This document shows positions 1 to 10,526 of a stretch of DNA of 44,455 nucleotides, piece after piece. The notes under the pieces are model-generated. The model had not been told where the DNA came from. It made no database searches and worked only from the letters and a program-made list of their open reading frames with translations. How positions within the stretch are numbered: the first letter of the stretch is position 1; every line of letters starts with the position of its first letter. Location: assembly GCA_017508315.1 (NCBI GenBank), contig JAFVZE010000350.1, positions 1 to 44,455 of the forward strand, given 5' to 3'. This DNA is from Kiritimatiellia bacterium. Lineage in GTDB: Bacteria > Verrucomicrobiota > Kiritimatiellia > RFP12 > UBA1067. A program made the position numbers and the translations under genes.

Positions 1-541
1 CCTCTTCAAGATGCTTCAGGAGCGCCGCGCAGGCCTCCGCTTCAGGGCGCGATTGCGGCTTCGCCTTCGCTTCCTTGCTCACGCGCTCGTAGCGGCGCTG
101 GAGCTGCTCCATGTCGGCAAGCACGAGCTCCGTTTCGATAACCTCCGCGTCCCCGACCGGATCGATGGGAGCGGACTTGTTGCCGCCTTCCTGCACATGG
201 ATGATGTCATCGTTCTCGAAGCACCTCACCACGTGCAGAATCGCATCGCACTCGCGGATGTTGGCGAGGAACTTGTTGCCCAGTCCCTCGCCCTTGGACG
301 CGCCTTTGACGAGCCCGGCGATATCGGTGAAATCGACGGTCGCGCGGATGATCTGCTCGGGCTTGGCGATTTCCGCAAGCTTCTCAAGCCGCGCATCCGC
401 GACCTCGACCACGGCCGAATTCGGCTCGATGGTGCAGAACGGATAATTCTCCGCCGCCGCCTGCTGTTTTTTAGTCAGCGCGTTGAACAATGTCGACTTG
501 CCCACATTGGGCAGACCCACGATACCGACCGACAGACTCAT
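1..541 (-). CDS. ychF: Ribosome-binding ATPase YchF/OLA1 family, N-terminal ~180 codons (C-terminus lies beyond the left window edge)
   Basis: Absent from the ORF track because it is open at the window edge. Reverse-strand translation from ATG (539-541) gives [61 protein letters not shown]. This shows Walker A GxPNVGKS, DxxG and the YchF-typical [10 protein letters not shown] motif. The + strand ORF 11..598 is its mirror image. Confidence 0.9.
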   Translation of the reverse strand, partial: MSLSVGIVGLPNVGKSTLFNALTKKQQAAAENYPFCTIEPNSAVVEVADARLEKLAEIAKPEQIIRATVDFTDIAGLVKGASKGEGLGNKFLANIRECDAILHVVRCFENDDIIHVQEGGNKSAPIDPVGDAEVIETELVLADMEQLQRRYERVSKEAKAKPQSRPEAEACAALLKHLEE

Positions 542-1503
542 TTTTTCCTACCGTCTCCGTTCTTGCTGTTCCCGCCTTTGAATTCCCAGCCGGGATAAAG
601 GCTCTTGAGATTCTTTCTGTAAAACTCCGCATCGACCACGCGATCTTCCCTGAGCGCCCGGACATACATGCTTTCGAGCAGGGAGACGATATCCGCCTTC
701 ATTTCTGCCGCCCTGTCCGCCTCCTCTTCGGAAAGCTCGCGTTCCAGTTTTGCGAGCTTACGCGTCGCCCTCGGCAGCGACTTGTCGTTCTCTGCGAGAT
801 ACGGCTCCTTCTTCAAAACCCGGAGATTGCCTTTTTCGTCGACGACCTTGTCGTCCGTGCCGCCGACCCAGGCGAGATCGGCGACTGTCTTCTCCGGCTT
901 GAGCGCGCGCTCGCGCTCGTCAAGCTCCTGCTTGAACTCCATAAGGTCGCGCTCGAGCGTTTCGAAGTCGATCTTCATAAGTTCGAGCGCCTTGGCCTCG
1001 GCGATCACCTTTTCGCTGCGCAGTTTCTCCGCGGCGAGCCTGTCGGCTTCCGCCGCGGCCTTGAGCGCTTCGGCGTTTTCCAGCGCCTTGGCCTTTTCCC
1101 TGCCGGCAGCCGCGCTCTTCGCCCGATCGGCCGCCGCGGCAGCCTCTAGTTTCGCCGCGGCCCGCTCGGCTTCGGCAACCTTGAGCGCCGCTTCCTTCGC
1201 TTTGCGGTTTTCGCTCTCCGCTTTGAGTTTAAGCTCCGCGGATTCTTTTTCCATCCGCGCCGCTTCTTTCGCGTCGGCTTCCGCGGCGGCTTTCGCCTCG
1301 GCCGCCTTCGCCTCGGCCGCGGCCTTTTCCGCCGCCGCCTTTTCGGTCTTGCGCACCGCCTCGGCCTTCGCCTCTTCGGACGCGGCAGCCTCCGCCAAAA
1401 GCCGCGCTTCGGCTTCGCGGCTCATGCCGTTTTTGACGTAGGCGACGGCTCCAGCGATCACCGCAGCGGAAACGGCAATGACCGAAATCACGTTCATCCT
1501 CAT
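538..1503 (-). CDS. Membrane-anchored Ala/Glu/Lys-rich coiled-coil protein, function unknown
   Basis: 321-aa ORF with an N-terminal hydrophobic helix ([23 protein letters not shown]) followed by ~200 aa of AEAKAA-type low-complexity coiled coil. Its stop overlaps the ychF start (ATGA) and its start overlaps the secretin stop, so it is operon-coupled. Confidence 0.6.
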   Translation of the reverse strand: MRMNVISVIAVSAAVIAGAVAYVKNGMSREAEARLLAEAAASEEAKAEAVRKTEKAAAEKAAAEAKAAEAKAAAEADAKEAARMEKESAELKLKAESENRKAKEAALKVAEAERAAAKLEAAAAADRAKSAAAGREKAKALENAEALKAAAEADRLAAEKLRSEKVIAEAKALELMKIDFETLERDLMEFKQELDERERALKPEKTVADLAWVGGTDDKVVDEKGNLRVLKKEPYLAENDKSLPRATRKLAKLERELSEEEADRAAEMKADIVSLLESMYVRALREDRVVDAEFYRKNLKSLYPGWEFKGGNSKNGDGRKK

Positions 1504-4184
1504 CTTTCCGCACCCTTTTCAGCTTTGGCTTTGTCGAGCTTGGAGCGCTCGTTCTCGGCGCGCGTCATTTCCTCGGCCTTGTCGATCTCCTTCTGCGCGG
1601 AGCCGAGCTTGTCCTTCTTGATTTCTTCCACAAGCTTTTTCAACCCTTCCTGGCTGTCCTTGTCGAGCATCTTCTCTTCAAGCTCCTTCCGCTCTTCCTT
1701 TTCAAGCTCCTCTTTGTGCATCTTGAGCCAAACGGCACGCTCTTCGGCGGAAAGCTCCTTCAGTTTCTTGGCGCGGTTGAGTTTCTCCTGCTCGATCGCC
1801 TGACGAGCTTTGCGCTCGGCATCCTGCTTTTTCCATTCGTCTTTCAAACGGCGAAGCTGTTCTTTCTGCGATACGGGATCGGCCAAATCAGACGCGGACC
1901 AACCGCCGTCTTCCCATGGATTAGGATCGGAAAGCGTCTTCTTGCGGCGCAGTGCTTCCGCCTGCGCGACCTCAGCGTCATCCAAAACGTAAGGTGTCAT
2001 AAATATCAAAAGCTCGGACCGATTTTCATCTTTATCCACGCTGCCGAAGAGCCATTTGCCAATATACGGAATATCCTTAAGAATCGGAATTCCCGCCTCT
2101 TTGTCGCTGATGTTCTTCGTGGTTAAACCTCCGAGAATAACCGACTGCCCGTTTTCAAGAATAATATCCGCAGCCATTTTACGCGTAGCCGAGATCTCGA
2201 TATCCTTCGACGTATATGATTCCCCTTCGGGCACAAGCATCGATTGTGTCCCTCCCACCTGAGAATACTCTTCTTCCACTTCCAACATAACTGTCCCGTT
2301 GGGATTGATTTTCGGTGTGATCTTCAAGGTGATACCGATATCTTTCGTCGTGTATTTCGGCGAAGGCATACCGCTTCCGTAGTAACCGCTCCCGGTAGAC
2401 TGCTGCCAATCCTCCACAAACTTCCGTGAACTTGTGGCTTCTATGGTAGCCTCTTTGTTATCAACCGTCATTACTATCGGCGAAGCTACATACTTTGTGC
2501 GCGAATCCGTTTTTGAAGCGTCAATAACGGCCGAAAGATTCAGTTTGTCGGATTTGACAAAATAATTAAGCCCGCTTCCAATCGGATTTACCGCATTTGT
2601 AGTCGCTCCGACGAATTTTGCAATTTCTGTTGACCCGGCACCACCACCAATCATCTGTCCATGATTTAAAAATGCAGATTCCGCCACCTTGCCTCCCATA
2701 ACCCAGTCGACCCCGGTTCGGAGAGTATCACCCAAACTGTCCTCGATTATCACCGTCTCAATCAGCACCTGGCTGAGTTTCACGTCCATCGACTCGATGA
2801 TGGACTCGACGACCGGCACGAGTTCCTTGTTCGTCATCACGACAAGACCGTTGATGCGCTTGTCGGCGAGAACCGTCGTGTTGTCCTTTGAAAGTTCTCC
2901 CGCCTTCGCCTCGCCGGTGCGCTGGTTGGCGGAATTTTTCCTCGCCGCCGCCGGCTGATTGCGCGTCAAATTGCCGCCGCTGCCGGATTTTGAGGCCTGA
3001 TTCTGGTTCTGTTTGCCGGAATTCTTCGAGCTCGGGGCGTTTCCTATAAGATCGTTTATCATGTCGGAGACCTCTTCGGCCTCGGCATACTTCAGGCGGT
3101 AGACCTTGACGACGGTATCGGGAGTGGTCTCCACGTCGAGCTGTTCGATCACCTTGTCGAAAAAGTCCATGTTCGACTTCTGAGTGACGATGATCAGCTT
3201 GTTGGAGCGCTCGTCGGAAAGTATGAGCACCTTGCCGCGGATCATTCCGCGGTCGGCGTCGGAAACGCTCATCACCAGCGAGGCGTTGTTGACAGCCGCG
3301 GGCTGAGCCGCCGGCTGATTGCGCCCCAAGAGGCGGCCGCCGAGCATCGTGCGCGGCTGCTGCGCGGCCGCATTCACCTTTTTACCGCTCTGCTCCTGTT
3401 CTTTCTGCGACTCCTGGACAATCGTTTCAAGCGCGGTTTTAATGTCGTTGGCGGCGGCGTTCTTGATCTGCCGGACGAAAACGTTTTCCAGAACCGGAGA
3501 GGCGACATCTATCGTCTTGGCGATTTCAAGCATCCGGTTGATGTTCTGCTGGGTGTCGGTCACGAGAATCGAATTGGTGCGTTCGAACACGAGCAGGATG
3601 CCGCTGTTGGACTTGAAGCCTTCGAGCGCCTTCTGCGCCTCTTCCGTGGAGATGTTCTTGAAGGGAATCATCATCGAGACGACGCGTCCCGAATCGGCAA
3701 GTCTGGTTTCCGCGTCCATTATGAGCGGAATGCCTTCTTTGCGCACATCCTTGCGCGGCAGAGCGCGGATGAACTTTTCGCCGTAAGGCTCCAGATGGAT
3801 GCCGTTCATCTCCAAGACCACCTCGATGGCCTCTATCCATTCCGCGTCGGTGAAAGTCTGCTTGGAATCGTTCTTGAGGGTGATCGCCGGTTTCGGGGTC
3901 GCGGGATCGACCAGAATCGTCCTGCCCACCATTTCGCTGTAGACCTTGTAGACCATCTCCACCGGAGCGGCCTCGAACGCCCGGCTGCCGGCGCTCGCGG
4001 CGGACGAATCGGCATCGGCGCCGGCGCTGCGCGATGCCGGTACCGGCGCATTGCGCGGACGCAACCCGGGGAACCGGCGCAGCGGACCGCGCTCCTGCTC
4101 CTGCGCGGAAACATCGCCGGCAAGCGACGCGGCAAGAAGCACCACGGCAAAAACGGACAAACTCTTCATCGGACGACCCTCCAT
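1500..4184 (-). CDS. Secretin (PilQ/GspD family outer-membrane channel) with a ~165-aa Lys/Glu-rich C-terminal extension
   Basis: 894-aa ORF with a signal peptide (MKSLSVFAVVLLAASLAGDVSAQ; the real start is probably M6 at 4169). It has N-domain repeats and the conserved secretin C-domain ending ..GIPILKDIPYIGKWLFGS..RSELLIFMTPYVL. It lies directly downstream of PilM/N/O-like genes. Confidence 0.85.
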   Translation of the reverse strand: MEGRPMKSLSVFAVVLLAASLAGDVSAQEQERGPLRRFPGLRPRNAPVPASRSAGADADSSAASAGSRAFEAAPVEMVYKVYSEMVGRTILVDPATPKPAITLKNDSKQTFTDAEWIEAIEVVLEMNGIHLEPYGEKFIRALPRKDVRKEGIPLIMDAETRLADSGRVVSMMIPFKNISTEEAQKALEGFKSNSGILLVFERTNSILVTDTQQNINRMLEIAKTIDVASPVLENVFVRQIKNAAANDIKTALETIVQESQKEQEQSGKKVNAAAQQPRTMLGGRLLGRNQPAAQPAAVNNASLVMSVSDADRGMIRGKVLILSDERSNKLIIVTQKSNMDFFDKVIEQLDVETTPDTVVKVYRLKYAEAEEVSDMINDLIGNAPSSKNSGKQNQNQASKSGSGGNLTRNQPAAARKNSANQRTGEAKAGELSKDNTTVLADKRINGLVVMTNKELVPVVESIIESMDVKLSQVLIETVIIEDSLGDTLRTGVDWVMGGKVAESAFLNHGQMIGGGAGSTEIAKFVGATTNAVNPIGSGLNYFVKSDKLNLSAVIDASKTDSRTKYVASPIVMTVDNKEATIEATSSRKFVEDWQQSTGSGYYGSGMPSPKYTTKDIGITLKITPKINPNGTVMLEVEEEYSQVGGTQSMLVPEGESYTSKDIEISATRKMAADIILENGQSVILGGLTTKNISDKEAGIPILKDIPYIGKWLFGSVDKDENRSELLIFMTPYVLDDAEVAQAEALRRKKTLSDPNPWEDGGWSASDLADPVSQKEQLRRLKDEWKKQDAERKARQAIEQEKLNRAKKLKELSAEERAVWLKMHKEELEKEERKELEEKMLDKDSQEGLKKLVEEIKKDKLGSAQKEIDKAEEMTRAENERSKLDKAKAEKGAER

Positions 4185-4187
4185 CGT

Positions 4188-4745
4188 TTACTCCCGCATA
4201 TATGCGCAAGTCAAAGTGAAACTGCCGCGCAGATATCCTTTTTTCGAACTCGGTTTGAAATTGAGAACCTTGATGTCAAACATCCCCTGATCGGTATTTT
4301 CAAGTTCGTGCATGAACTTGACGAGCGCCTCGAGGCTGCCCTCCCAGCTCTTCACCTCGATCGGCAATTCCAGCACCTCTCCGGCGTCGACTTCCTTCCC
4401 GGGCTGGCGGTGTCCGATCAGAATCCGGTGCTTGAGCGCCATGTCGTCCATTTTCTTGAGCCAGGTGGTGTCCGTCGCCTTCCCGCTCTCGAACATGGGC
4501 ATATTGGACTTTTCCTCCTCGTAGGACTTCGCCCATCTGCCGCGTTCGGCGATCAGAGCGCGCTCGCTCTCGCAGCGTTTCTTCGCGCTGTCGTACATTT
4601 TCGCCGATTTCTTCCAGGCGCTTTCGGCGTAGAGAAACCAGATTGCCGCCGACAGCGCGTACAGAAGCACCATCGCCAGAGCCGCCATTACCGCCTTCTC
4701 TCTGAGAGAGGAATTCACTGCGCTCCCTCCGCCAGATACCGGCAC
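4188..4745 (-). CDS. PilO/GspM-like pilus assembly inner-membrane protein
   Basis: 185-aa ORF with one TM helix (MAALAMVLLYALSAAIWFLY), then a coiled coil and a small C-terminal alpha/beta domain. It sits between the PilM/N-like gene and the secretin. The start may be the internal ATG at 4688, which would remove the 31-nt overlap with the upstream gene. Confidence 0.5.
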   Translation of the reverse strand: MPVSGGGSAVNSSLREKAVMAALAMVLLYALSAAIWFLYAESAWKKSAKMYDSAKKRCESERALIAERGRWAKSYEEEKSNMPMFESGKATDTTWLKKMDDMALKHRILIGHRQPGKEVDAGEVLELPIEVKSWEGSLEALVKFMHELENTDQGMFDIKVLNFKPSSKKGYLRGSFTLTCAYMRE

Positions 4746-5974
4746 TCGAGGTCGAATCGCTGCCTGCCGCCGCGACCGGCCGTAGGCCCGTGCAGGTTCA
4801 CCGTCGCGAACACGACATCCTCGCCGGCCTTGAGTTCGCTCATCGCGTCTTTGAAATCATAAATAAGATCGGCGGAATCCGCCTCGCCGGAAATTCGCAA
4901 TCCTCCGTCGCCGTCTTCGCCGCCCGCGCGCTCGAAGTTCCAGGAGTTGAGTTCGATTCCCTGCGGCAGACGGTCGCTGAGCGCTTTCATCATCTCCAGA
5001 GCTCCGCGGTCGTGATCGGAATACTTCTTTACGAGCTTCACCTTCTCGCGCATCGCCGAGACCTGCGAATACTGTTTCCTGTGGCGGCGGCTGAGCTCCT
5101 TCTGGTAATCGGTCATGAAGCCGTACGCCACCGGCACTCCGAAAAGCACTCCCATGACCAGCGCCCACAAAGTGCCGGCGACCGCGAGATAACGCACCAT
5201 CTTCGACTTGAAACGAGTCTCTTCGAGGAATTCGCGCCAGCTCGCAGGCAGAACATCGAGCGTCATCGGCTCCTGCGAACGCTCCTTGATCCCCTCGAGC
5301 GCACGCTCGATGCCGACTCCGGGGATTCGGCGCACTGGGGCCAAGGGAGAGTCGAAATCCACGTCGCCGGAGACCACGATCTCCTCCAGTTCTTTCGCGC
5401 CGCCGAAATCCTCGGCCTCGAGCAGGCTCAGCATCACCTCGCGCTTCAGACCGCACCCGTTCGCCACCGCGCGCACCGAGACCGGCTGGTCTCCGTCAAG
5501 CACGATGAGCGAAACTCCGTCCTCCGAACCGGTCACAACCATTTTGCGTCCGGATGAAGCCGAAAGGGAATCCCAGATGCCCCGCAGTTCGCCGAACGCC
5601 AACGCATCTATTCGCACGACATTCAACCTGGCCTTGTCGAGCGCTTCGCCTATATCGTCGGCGGAGCCTTCGGGCAATGCCGCGGCGATAACGACCGAAC
5701 CGTTCTCGGTTTCGCGGACGACTTCACAACCCACGCTCAGAGGTTCGTCGGGGAACGGGTTTATCTCCTGCAGGAGCGGAGCGCAGAATCCGGACGGATC
5801 GGCATCATGCGGAACCTTCACCATCTTGACTATCAAGCGGCTCAACGGCAACGCCAGCACGACCTCCCGGCTGTTCGTTCCAGCCTGAAGCAGATGCAAC
5901 TCGCCTCCGACGAAAGCGGCTATCCGCGACTCTCTGACCATATTCCGGTTCGCGCCAAAGTTTAGAACTCCCAA
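4715..5974 (-). CDS. PilM-like (actin-fold) / PilN-like fusion pilus assembly protein
   Basis: 419-aa ORF. A soluble N-terminal ~260 aa is followed by one TM helix (MVRYLAVAGTLWALVMGVLFGVPVAY) and a ~130-aa periplasmic domain. This matches a PilM-PilN fusion by architecture and synteny. The start is probably M12 (5941), which avoids overlap with the upstream oxidoreductase. Confidence 0.5.
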   Translation of the reverse strand: MGVLNFGANRNMVRESRIAAFVGGELHLLQAGTNSREVVLALPLSRLIVKMVKVPHDADPSGFCAPLLQEINPFPDEPLSVGCEVVRETENGSVVIAAALPEGSADDIGEALDKARLNVVRIDALAFGELRGIWDSLSASSGRKMVVTGSEDGVSLIVLDGDQPVSVRAVANGCGLKREVMLSLLEAEDFGGAKELEEIVVSGDVDFDSPLAPVRRIPGVGIERALEGIKERSQEPMTLDVLPASWREFLEETRFKSKMVRYLAVAGTLWALVMGVLFGVPVAYGFMTDYQKELSRRHRKQYSQVSAMREKVKLVKKYSDHDRGALEMMKALSDRLPQGIELNSWNFERAGGEDGDGGLRISGEADSADLIYDFKDAMSELKAGEDVVFATVNLHGPTAGRGGRQRFDLECRYLAEGAQ

Positions 5975-7506
5975 CCCTTGCGGATGAAAGGCCTGACGAA
6001 CTCATTGGCGTCCGCACGGTCGAAGAGCTGCTTCGAGCTGTCCCACGCGAGCTTGCCGCCGACACGCTGGGCCATGCAGCCGACAAGAATGCCCTCCATC
6101 TGCGGAACGCAGAATTCGACGTCGGAGAAACAGCGGGAATTGACCTGCCTGTAGAAGACTCCCTCGCCGCGGATCGCTTCGAGAAACTCGATGTAGTGAC
6201 CGTTGGCGAAGCCCTTCATCTCTACGGTCGAGCCGCCGGAGACGGTCTTCGAATCCGTGCGGAACGGAATGGAGCGGGCAACCGTCCTGGCCGCCTCGTG
6301 CTTGAAGATGTCGACAAAGGCCTTGTCGTCGTTGAGCGCGATCGCGCACTTTGCGCCGTAGTCGTCCTGCATGAGAACCGCGCCCTTCGAGCCGATGATG
6401 TAGCATCCGGTCGCGGGAACCTTGCCGCCGTTGAACTTGGCCCACTTGGGCATGATGGCGGCGTCCGGCTTCACGTTGCCGTCGTACCAGTAGAGTTCGA
6501 GCGACGGCAGCGAAACTCCCGGGCGCACCTTGGATTCGCGGGCCTTGTAGGTGAGTTTCACGACCGACTTGAGCGGATAGGCGATATCGTTTTTCGACTC
6601 GATCCTGACCAGCTCCGCGCCGGAGACTCCGCCGAGCTCAAGACCGCGGAAGGCGAGGTTCATCGTATGGCAGGCCATATCGCCGAAAGCGCCGGCGCCG
6701 AAATCGAAGAATCCGCGCCAGGTGAAAGCGTGGTAGACGTTCTTGCCGAGCTTCCACGGATCGTAAACGGGCGCATCGGCCGGATAGCGGTCGAGGAACG
6801 GGCGGTACTGCGCCGTGGCGAGCCACGCGTCCCAATTGAGCCCGTTGCGGACGTTCTCGCCTTTGGGATGGCTTTTGACCCACTTGGCGACCTCTTCGCC
6901 CTGCGGCCACACGGGACGGTTCGTCCAGACATGAACCTCCTTCACGTCGCCGAGGATGCCGGACTGGATGACCTCGGTGCAGCGGCGCATCGAATCGAGC
7001 GCTGAACCCTGGTTGCCCATCTGAACGACAACTCCGTTCTCCTTCGCGGTGCGGCCGAAATAGTCAAGTTCCCAAAGCGTGCGCACGAGCGGCTTCTGGA
7101 CGAAAACGTGAATCCCCTGCTTCATCGCGGCGACGGCCACGGGAGCGTGGACATGGTCGGGGGTGGAGATGGTCATCGCCTCGACGCCGAGGATGCCGCA
7201 ACGGTCGAGAAGTTTGCGGTAATCGGTGTAGAACGGCACGCTGTACATGTCGAAATCGATACCGTCTCTGACGAGACGCATCTGCGCGGAATTGCGCGTA
7301 TTGTAGTCGCAGTCGCAGAAAGCGACGATCTCGACGAGACCGGACTTGAGCATCGGCGTCCAGTCCGACCAACCCTTGCCCATCACGCCGACGACGGCGA
7401 GCTTGATCTTCTGCTCTCCGCGCGGGCACATGCAGCCGCCGATGGCGAACGTCGACGCCCCGGCAACTCCGCGGATAAATCCTCTTCTTGATGCGCTGAT
7501 ACTCAT
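5962..7506 (-). CDS. Gfo/Idh/MocA-family NAD(P)-dependent oxidoreductase with a twin-arginine (Tat) signal
   Basis: 514 aa. Tat motif SRRGFIRGVAGASTFAIGG at the N-terminus. Rossmann beta-alpha-beta KLAVVGVMGKGWSDW followed by ISTPDHVHAP, which is typical of the family. Confidence 0.85.
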   Translation of the reverse strand: MSISASRRGFIRGVAGASTFAIGGCMCPRGEQKIKLAVVGVMGKGWSDWTPMLKSGLVEIVAFCDCDYNTRNSAQMRLVRDGIDFDMYSVPFYTDYRKLLDRCGILGVEAMTISTPDHVHAPVAVAAMKQGIHVFVQKPLVRTLWELDYFGRTAKENGVVVQMGNQGSALDSMRRCTEVIQSGILGDVKEVHVWTNRPVWPQGEEVAKWVKSHPKGENVRNGLNWDAWLATAQYRPFLDRYPADAPVYDPWKLGKNVYHAFTWRGFFDFGAGAFGDMACHTMNLAFRGLELGGVSGAELVRIESKNDIAYPLKSVVKLTYKARESKVRPGVSLPSLELYWYDGNVKPDAAIMPKWAKFNGGKVPATGCYIIGSKGAVLMQDDYGAKCAIALNDDKAFVDIFKHEAARTVARSIPFRTDSKTVSGGSTVEMKGFANGHYIEFLEAIRGEGVFYRQVNSRCFSDVEFCVPQMEGILVGCMAQRVGGKLAWDSSKQLFDRADANEFVRPFIRKGWEF

Positions 7507-7647
7507 TTTCTACCCTTTCATTGTTTTGTTGGCATACAACACAGAATTTTCGTAATTATATCATATTCCAAGCCGTGAAGTTCCGAAGATTTTCATCAAC
7601 CGCTCAATGCCGCGGCGGAAGGACGATACGGATGAAAGTATTCCGTG

Positions 7648-8991
7648 TCAGTTTTCGGGCGAAAGCGAAATCTCGTACGCTTTCGGACGGGCGGAGTCGA
7701 GTTCGCGGCGCATATCCTCGATATTCTTCTCGATTGCGGCACGCTCTTCGAACGTTTTTTTGAAAGATTTCACGCAGTTTGAATGGTAGGCAGCCGTGCT
7801 GACCTTCTTCGCCCGCATCTCCTCCACCCACTTGTCGAGCGTCGAAAAAGCGCTCCGGCGGTCCTCGGGATCGCCGCCGCGCGATACGACACGGTCGAAC
7901 ATGGCGAAAAACGTGCACATTCTGGACATTCCGGCGGCGATCTTCCCAGAAAGCGCGGCGAGCCTTTTGGCCTCAAGCTGGTTCGGTGTGTCGAGAAGCG
8001 CCAGATTCACCCCGGCGGCGAATTCTTCCGCGGAAAAACGGCCCAGCGCCTTTCCGTCGGCCTTGAGCGTCCACCTGCCCGGCTTCAACCCTTTTACGAC
8101 AAGCATCTCACGGTTCAGTTTCTCGGTGAGAGGATAGACCTCCTCCGCCTTGCGGTACAGATCGGTAACCGGGAGAGGAAACGCTTTCGGCTCGTATCTG
8201 TACGGCAGTTGAGAAGCGGAAAGCCCGCATCTGCCGACGAACGGGGAAGCGCCGGACTGAGCGAAGATCAAAGCCCCCATCAAAAGATGCCCTTCCGCGC
8301 CGGGATGGACGCGATCGGGCTGGAAGCGGCCGGGGTATTTCTTCATGAACCCGAGAAAAGGGTCGAAGAGTTCGATCAGGCCTGATTTTTCCGATGCCGC
8401 CGTTTCCCGCACGATCCCGGCGATGGTGAAAAGCCCATATTCGTTGCAGTCCCTGTTGGCCGGTTTTTTGATGGCGGTCGAATATTCGTCGTAAGGAGTC
8501 GGCGTCATGTACACGGCTTCGGCGCCGGCCTTTGCGATAAGGGCGCCCACCTTCTCCATATTGGACCGGTAGCGCCTGAAGACGTCCAGACGCCTTTTGT
8601 CCAGATCTTTGATTTTCGACGCGTCCTTGGTGTAAAGGTTGTGTCCGACGTCGTTCATCCCGAACATGACGAACACGCGGTCGGGCTTTTTCCCGGCGAC
8701 ATCGCGTTCGAACCGCTTCAGGCATCCGCCGGCCGTATCGCCGCTCAGTCCCGCCGACATGAAAACGCTGCCGCATCCCGGATGCCGCAGGCTCTGGAAG
8801 AGCTGCACCCAGCCGACATAGCCGCCGCCGTGGGTGATGGAGTCGCCCAGAAACACCACCCGCTCGCCGTCGGCGAACGGAGCGACCTCGGCGGTCTGCG
8901 CGAAAAACGGCAGGACCAGCGCCGCGAACAGGAAAAACAATCTACCCGTCTTTAACGTCTTTTCCGGCATAAAGCACTCCTGAGATTCCAT
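7648..8991 (-). CDS. SGNH/GDSL-family hydrolase (secreted esterase/lipase-like)
   Basis: 447 aa with a signal peptide. Block I motif VVFLGDSITHGGG, then FVMFGMNDV (block III-like) and a DRVHP block V-like motif. Confidence 0.75.
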   Translation of the reverse strand: MESQECFMPEKTLKTGRLFFLFAALVLPFFAQTAEVAPFADGERVVFLGDSITHGGGYVGWVQLFQSLRHPGCGSVFMSAGLSGDTAGGCLKRFERDVAGKKPDRVFVMFGMNDVGHNLYTKDASKIKDLDKRRLDVFRRYRSNMEKVGALIAKAGAEAVYMTPTPYDEYSTAIKKPANRDCNEYGLFTIAGIVRETAASEKSGLIELFDPFLGFMKKYPGRFQPDRVHPGAEGHLLMGALIFAQSGASPFVGRCGLSASQLPYRYEPKAFPLPVTDLYRKAEEVYPLTEKLNREMLVVKGLKPGRWTLKADGKALGRFSAEEFAAGVNLALLDTPNQLEAKRLAALSGKIAAGMSRMCTFFAMFDRVVSRGGDPEDRRSAFSTLDKWVEEMRAKKVSTAAYHSNCVKSFKKTFEERAAIEKNIEDMRRELDSARPKAYEISLSPEN

Positions 8992-9003
8992 TGGTTTGCG
9001 TTC

Positions 9004-10494
9004 CTACAGATCGAACTTGACGAGAAACGCCGCCGAACCGGGGAGTTTCTTCTTCAATGTCAGTTTTCCGCCGGCGAAACCGGCATCCGTATTCTCATTG
9101 TCACGCTCGTGATCGAGAAGCGTCGCCGACCTTACGCCGCGCACGCCCTTGACGTCAAGTACGAGCGAATCGGCTTCGCCGCGGTAATCGCTCACGAGCA
9201 GCCAGCCGCTCTTTCCGTCGGCGGATTTCGCCGCCAGCGTGGCGACGGTTCCGCCTCCGGCCGACGCGCACATGACCGGACATTCCTTCATGATCGAACC
9301 GAAAAGTTTGAGCGCGTACCAGATTTTATATTTCCGGCGATGCTCGTCCATGTACCCCCACGCGCCGCTGTGGCGGCAGCCGTAGAAGTAGGACTGGTCG
9401 TATTCGGACGTCTGCATTCTGGCCAACGTCGTGAGCGTGAAGCAGGACGAATCGATGCCGTTGTGCGAAGCCGGGCCTTCCCAGACCTCCTTCAGCACCT
9501 TGGGATCGTTGTTGCGCAGACCTTTCCAGCTGTAGGAGCCGAGGTAGTGCCATTCGTTGATGATAAGCTCGCACTTCGGAAAACCCATCGAATCACAGAG
9601 CTTGCGCGCGTCGTCCGCCCACTTGATGATCGTGTCCGGATCGGCTCCGTAGTAATGCCAGGAAATGAAGTCCGGAGCGACCCCGGCCTCCTTGCAGGCT
9701 TTGAGCATATCGCGGAAATAATCCTTGTAGAACCAGCACATCGCAGGACCTCCGACCTTGAGTTCGGGAAATTCCGACTTGATGCGCTTGAGGCACTTGA
9801 CGAAGAATTCCACGAACATCGCCCGGCGCTTCGCGTCGCGCACCTTGCGGTTCGCCCTCCTTTCCGCTTCCGTCGCGCCCTTGCCGCCGTCGCCGTCGGG
9901 CAGGCACCACATATTGTTGAAGCCGTCGGGCTCGTTCCATATCTCCCAGTACCTGATATCCCAGTTGAAGCCGTCCGCCCAGCCTCGGGTGTAGTGGCGG
10001 ACGGTGCCGGCGAACACTTCGGCCTGCTTGTCGAAATCTTCCGGGATGAGCGAATTGAAATGCACATCCGGACCGGAGTGTTCGATCGAGGTCCCGAGAC
10101 GGTAGAATATCTTTAGCCCCGCATCGAGAGAGAGTTTCAAGAGGTGGTCGGTCGGCTTGAAACAGTAGTTTCTGGGATCCTTCGCGTCAAGATGCATCAG
10201 AGGGAAAATGAAATGGGTATCCACCACGCGCTGTCCGGCGTTGATGAGCGCCAGATCGTGCGTACGCGTGTATTCGAAGTTCAGTTCCCTGATCTGCTCT
10301 GTTATGTTGCCGTTGCTCGTCACCTTGGGGGCGAAGCCCGAAGAATGAAGCGCGCGGCGCACGGGACCGGTCTCCTTTGAAAAATCGGCCGTCATTTGAG
10401 CGGCCTGCGACGCAAAGCAGACGGCGGCAACGATCACCGCCGCGACAGTTTTTACTTTCATGTCAGAATCCTTCTTTGATCGGTATCTACACAT
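9004..10494 (-). CDS. Secreted glycoside hydrolase, clan GH-A (GH39/GH5-like TIM barrel)
   Basis: 496 aa with a signal peptide (probable start M12 at 10461: MKVKTVAAVIVAAVCFASQAAQ). It has the clan GH-A acid/base motif YWEIWNEPDG. The exact family cannot be assigned without a search. Confidence 0.65.
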   Translation of the reverse strand: MCRYRSKKDSDMKVKTVAAVIVAAVCFASQAAQMTADFSKETGPVRRALHSSGFAPKVTSNGNITEQIRELNFEYTRTHDLALINAGQRVVDTHFIFPLMHLDAKDPRNYCFKPTDHLLKLSLDAGLKIFYRLGTSIEHSGPDVHFNSLIPEDFDKQAEVFAGTVRHYTRGWADGFNWDIRYWEIWNEPDGFNNMWCLPDGDGGKGATEAERRANRKVRDAKRRAMFVEFFVKCLKRIKSEFPELKVGGPAMCWFYKDYFRDMLKACKEAGVAPDFISWHYYGADPDTIIKWADDARKLCDSMGFPKCELIINEWHYLGSYSWKGLRNNDPKVLKEVWEGPASHNGIDSSCFTLTTLARMQTSEYDQSYFYGCRHSGAWGYMDEHRRKYKIWYALKLFGSIMKECPVMCASAGGGTVATLAAKSADGKSGWLLVSDYRGEADSLVLDVKGVRGVRSATLLDHERDNENTDAGFAGGKLTLKKKLPGSAAFLVKFDL

Positions 10495-10526
10495 ATTTCC
10501 GCCATTCTATCATCACAACTGCCATT

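Noticed and set aside
11-598. 195-aa + strand ORF at the left edge
   Set aside because: It is the antisense mirror of ychF. The minus-strand translation gives canonical YchF motifs, whereas the + strand product is Arg/Leu-rich nonsense typical of the wrong strand in GC-rich DNA.
668-1441. 257-aa + strand Ser/Ala-rich ORF
   Set aside because: It is the antisense of the AEAKAA coiled-coil gene, since GCN/GAR repeats read as Ser/Ala on the other strand. It has no start context. The minus-strand gene is coupled to both of its neighbours.
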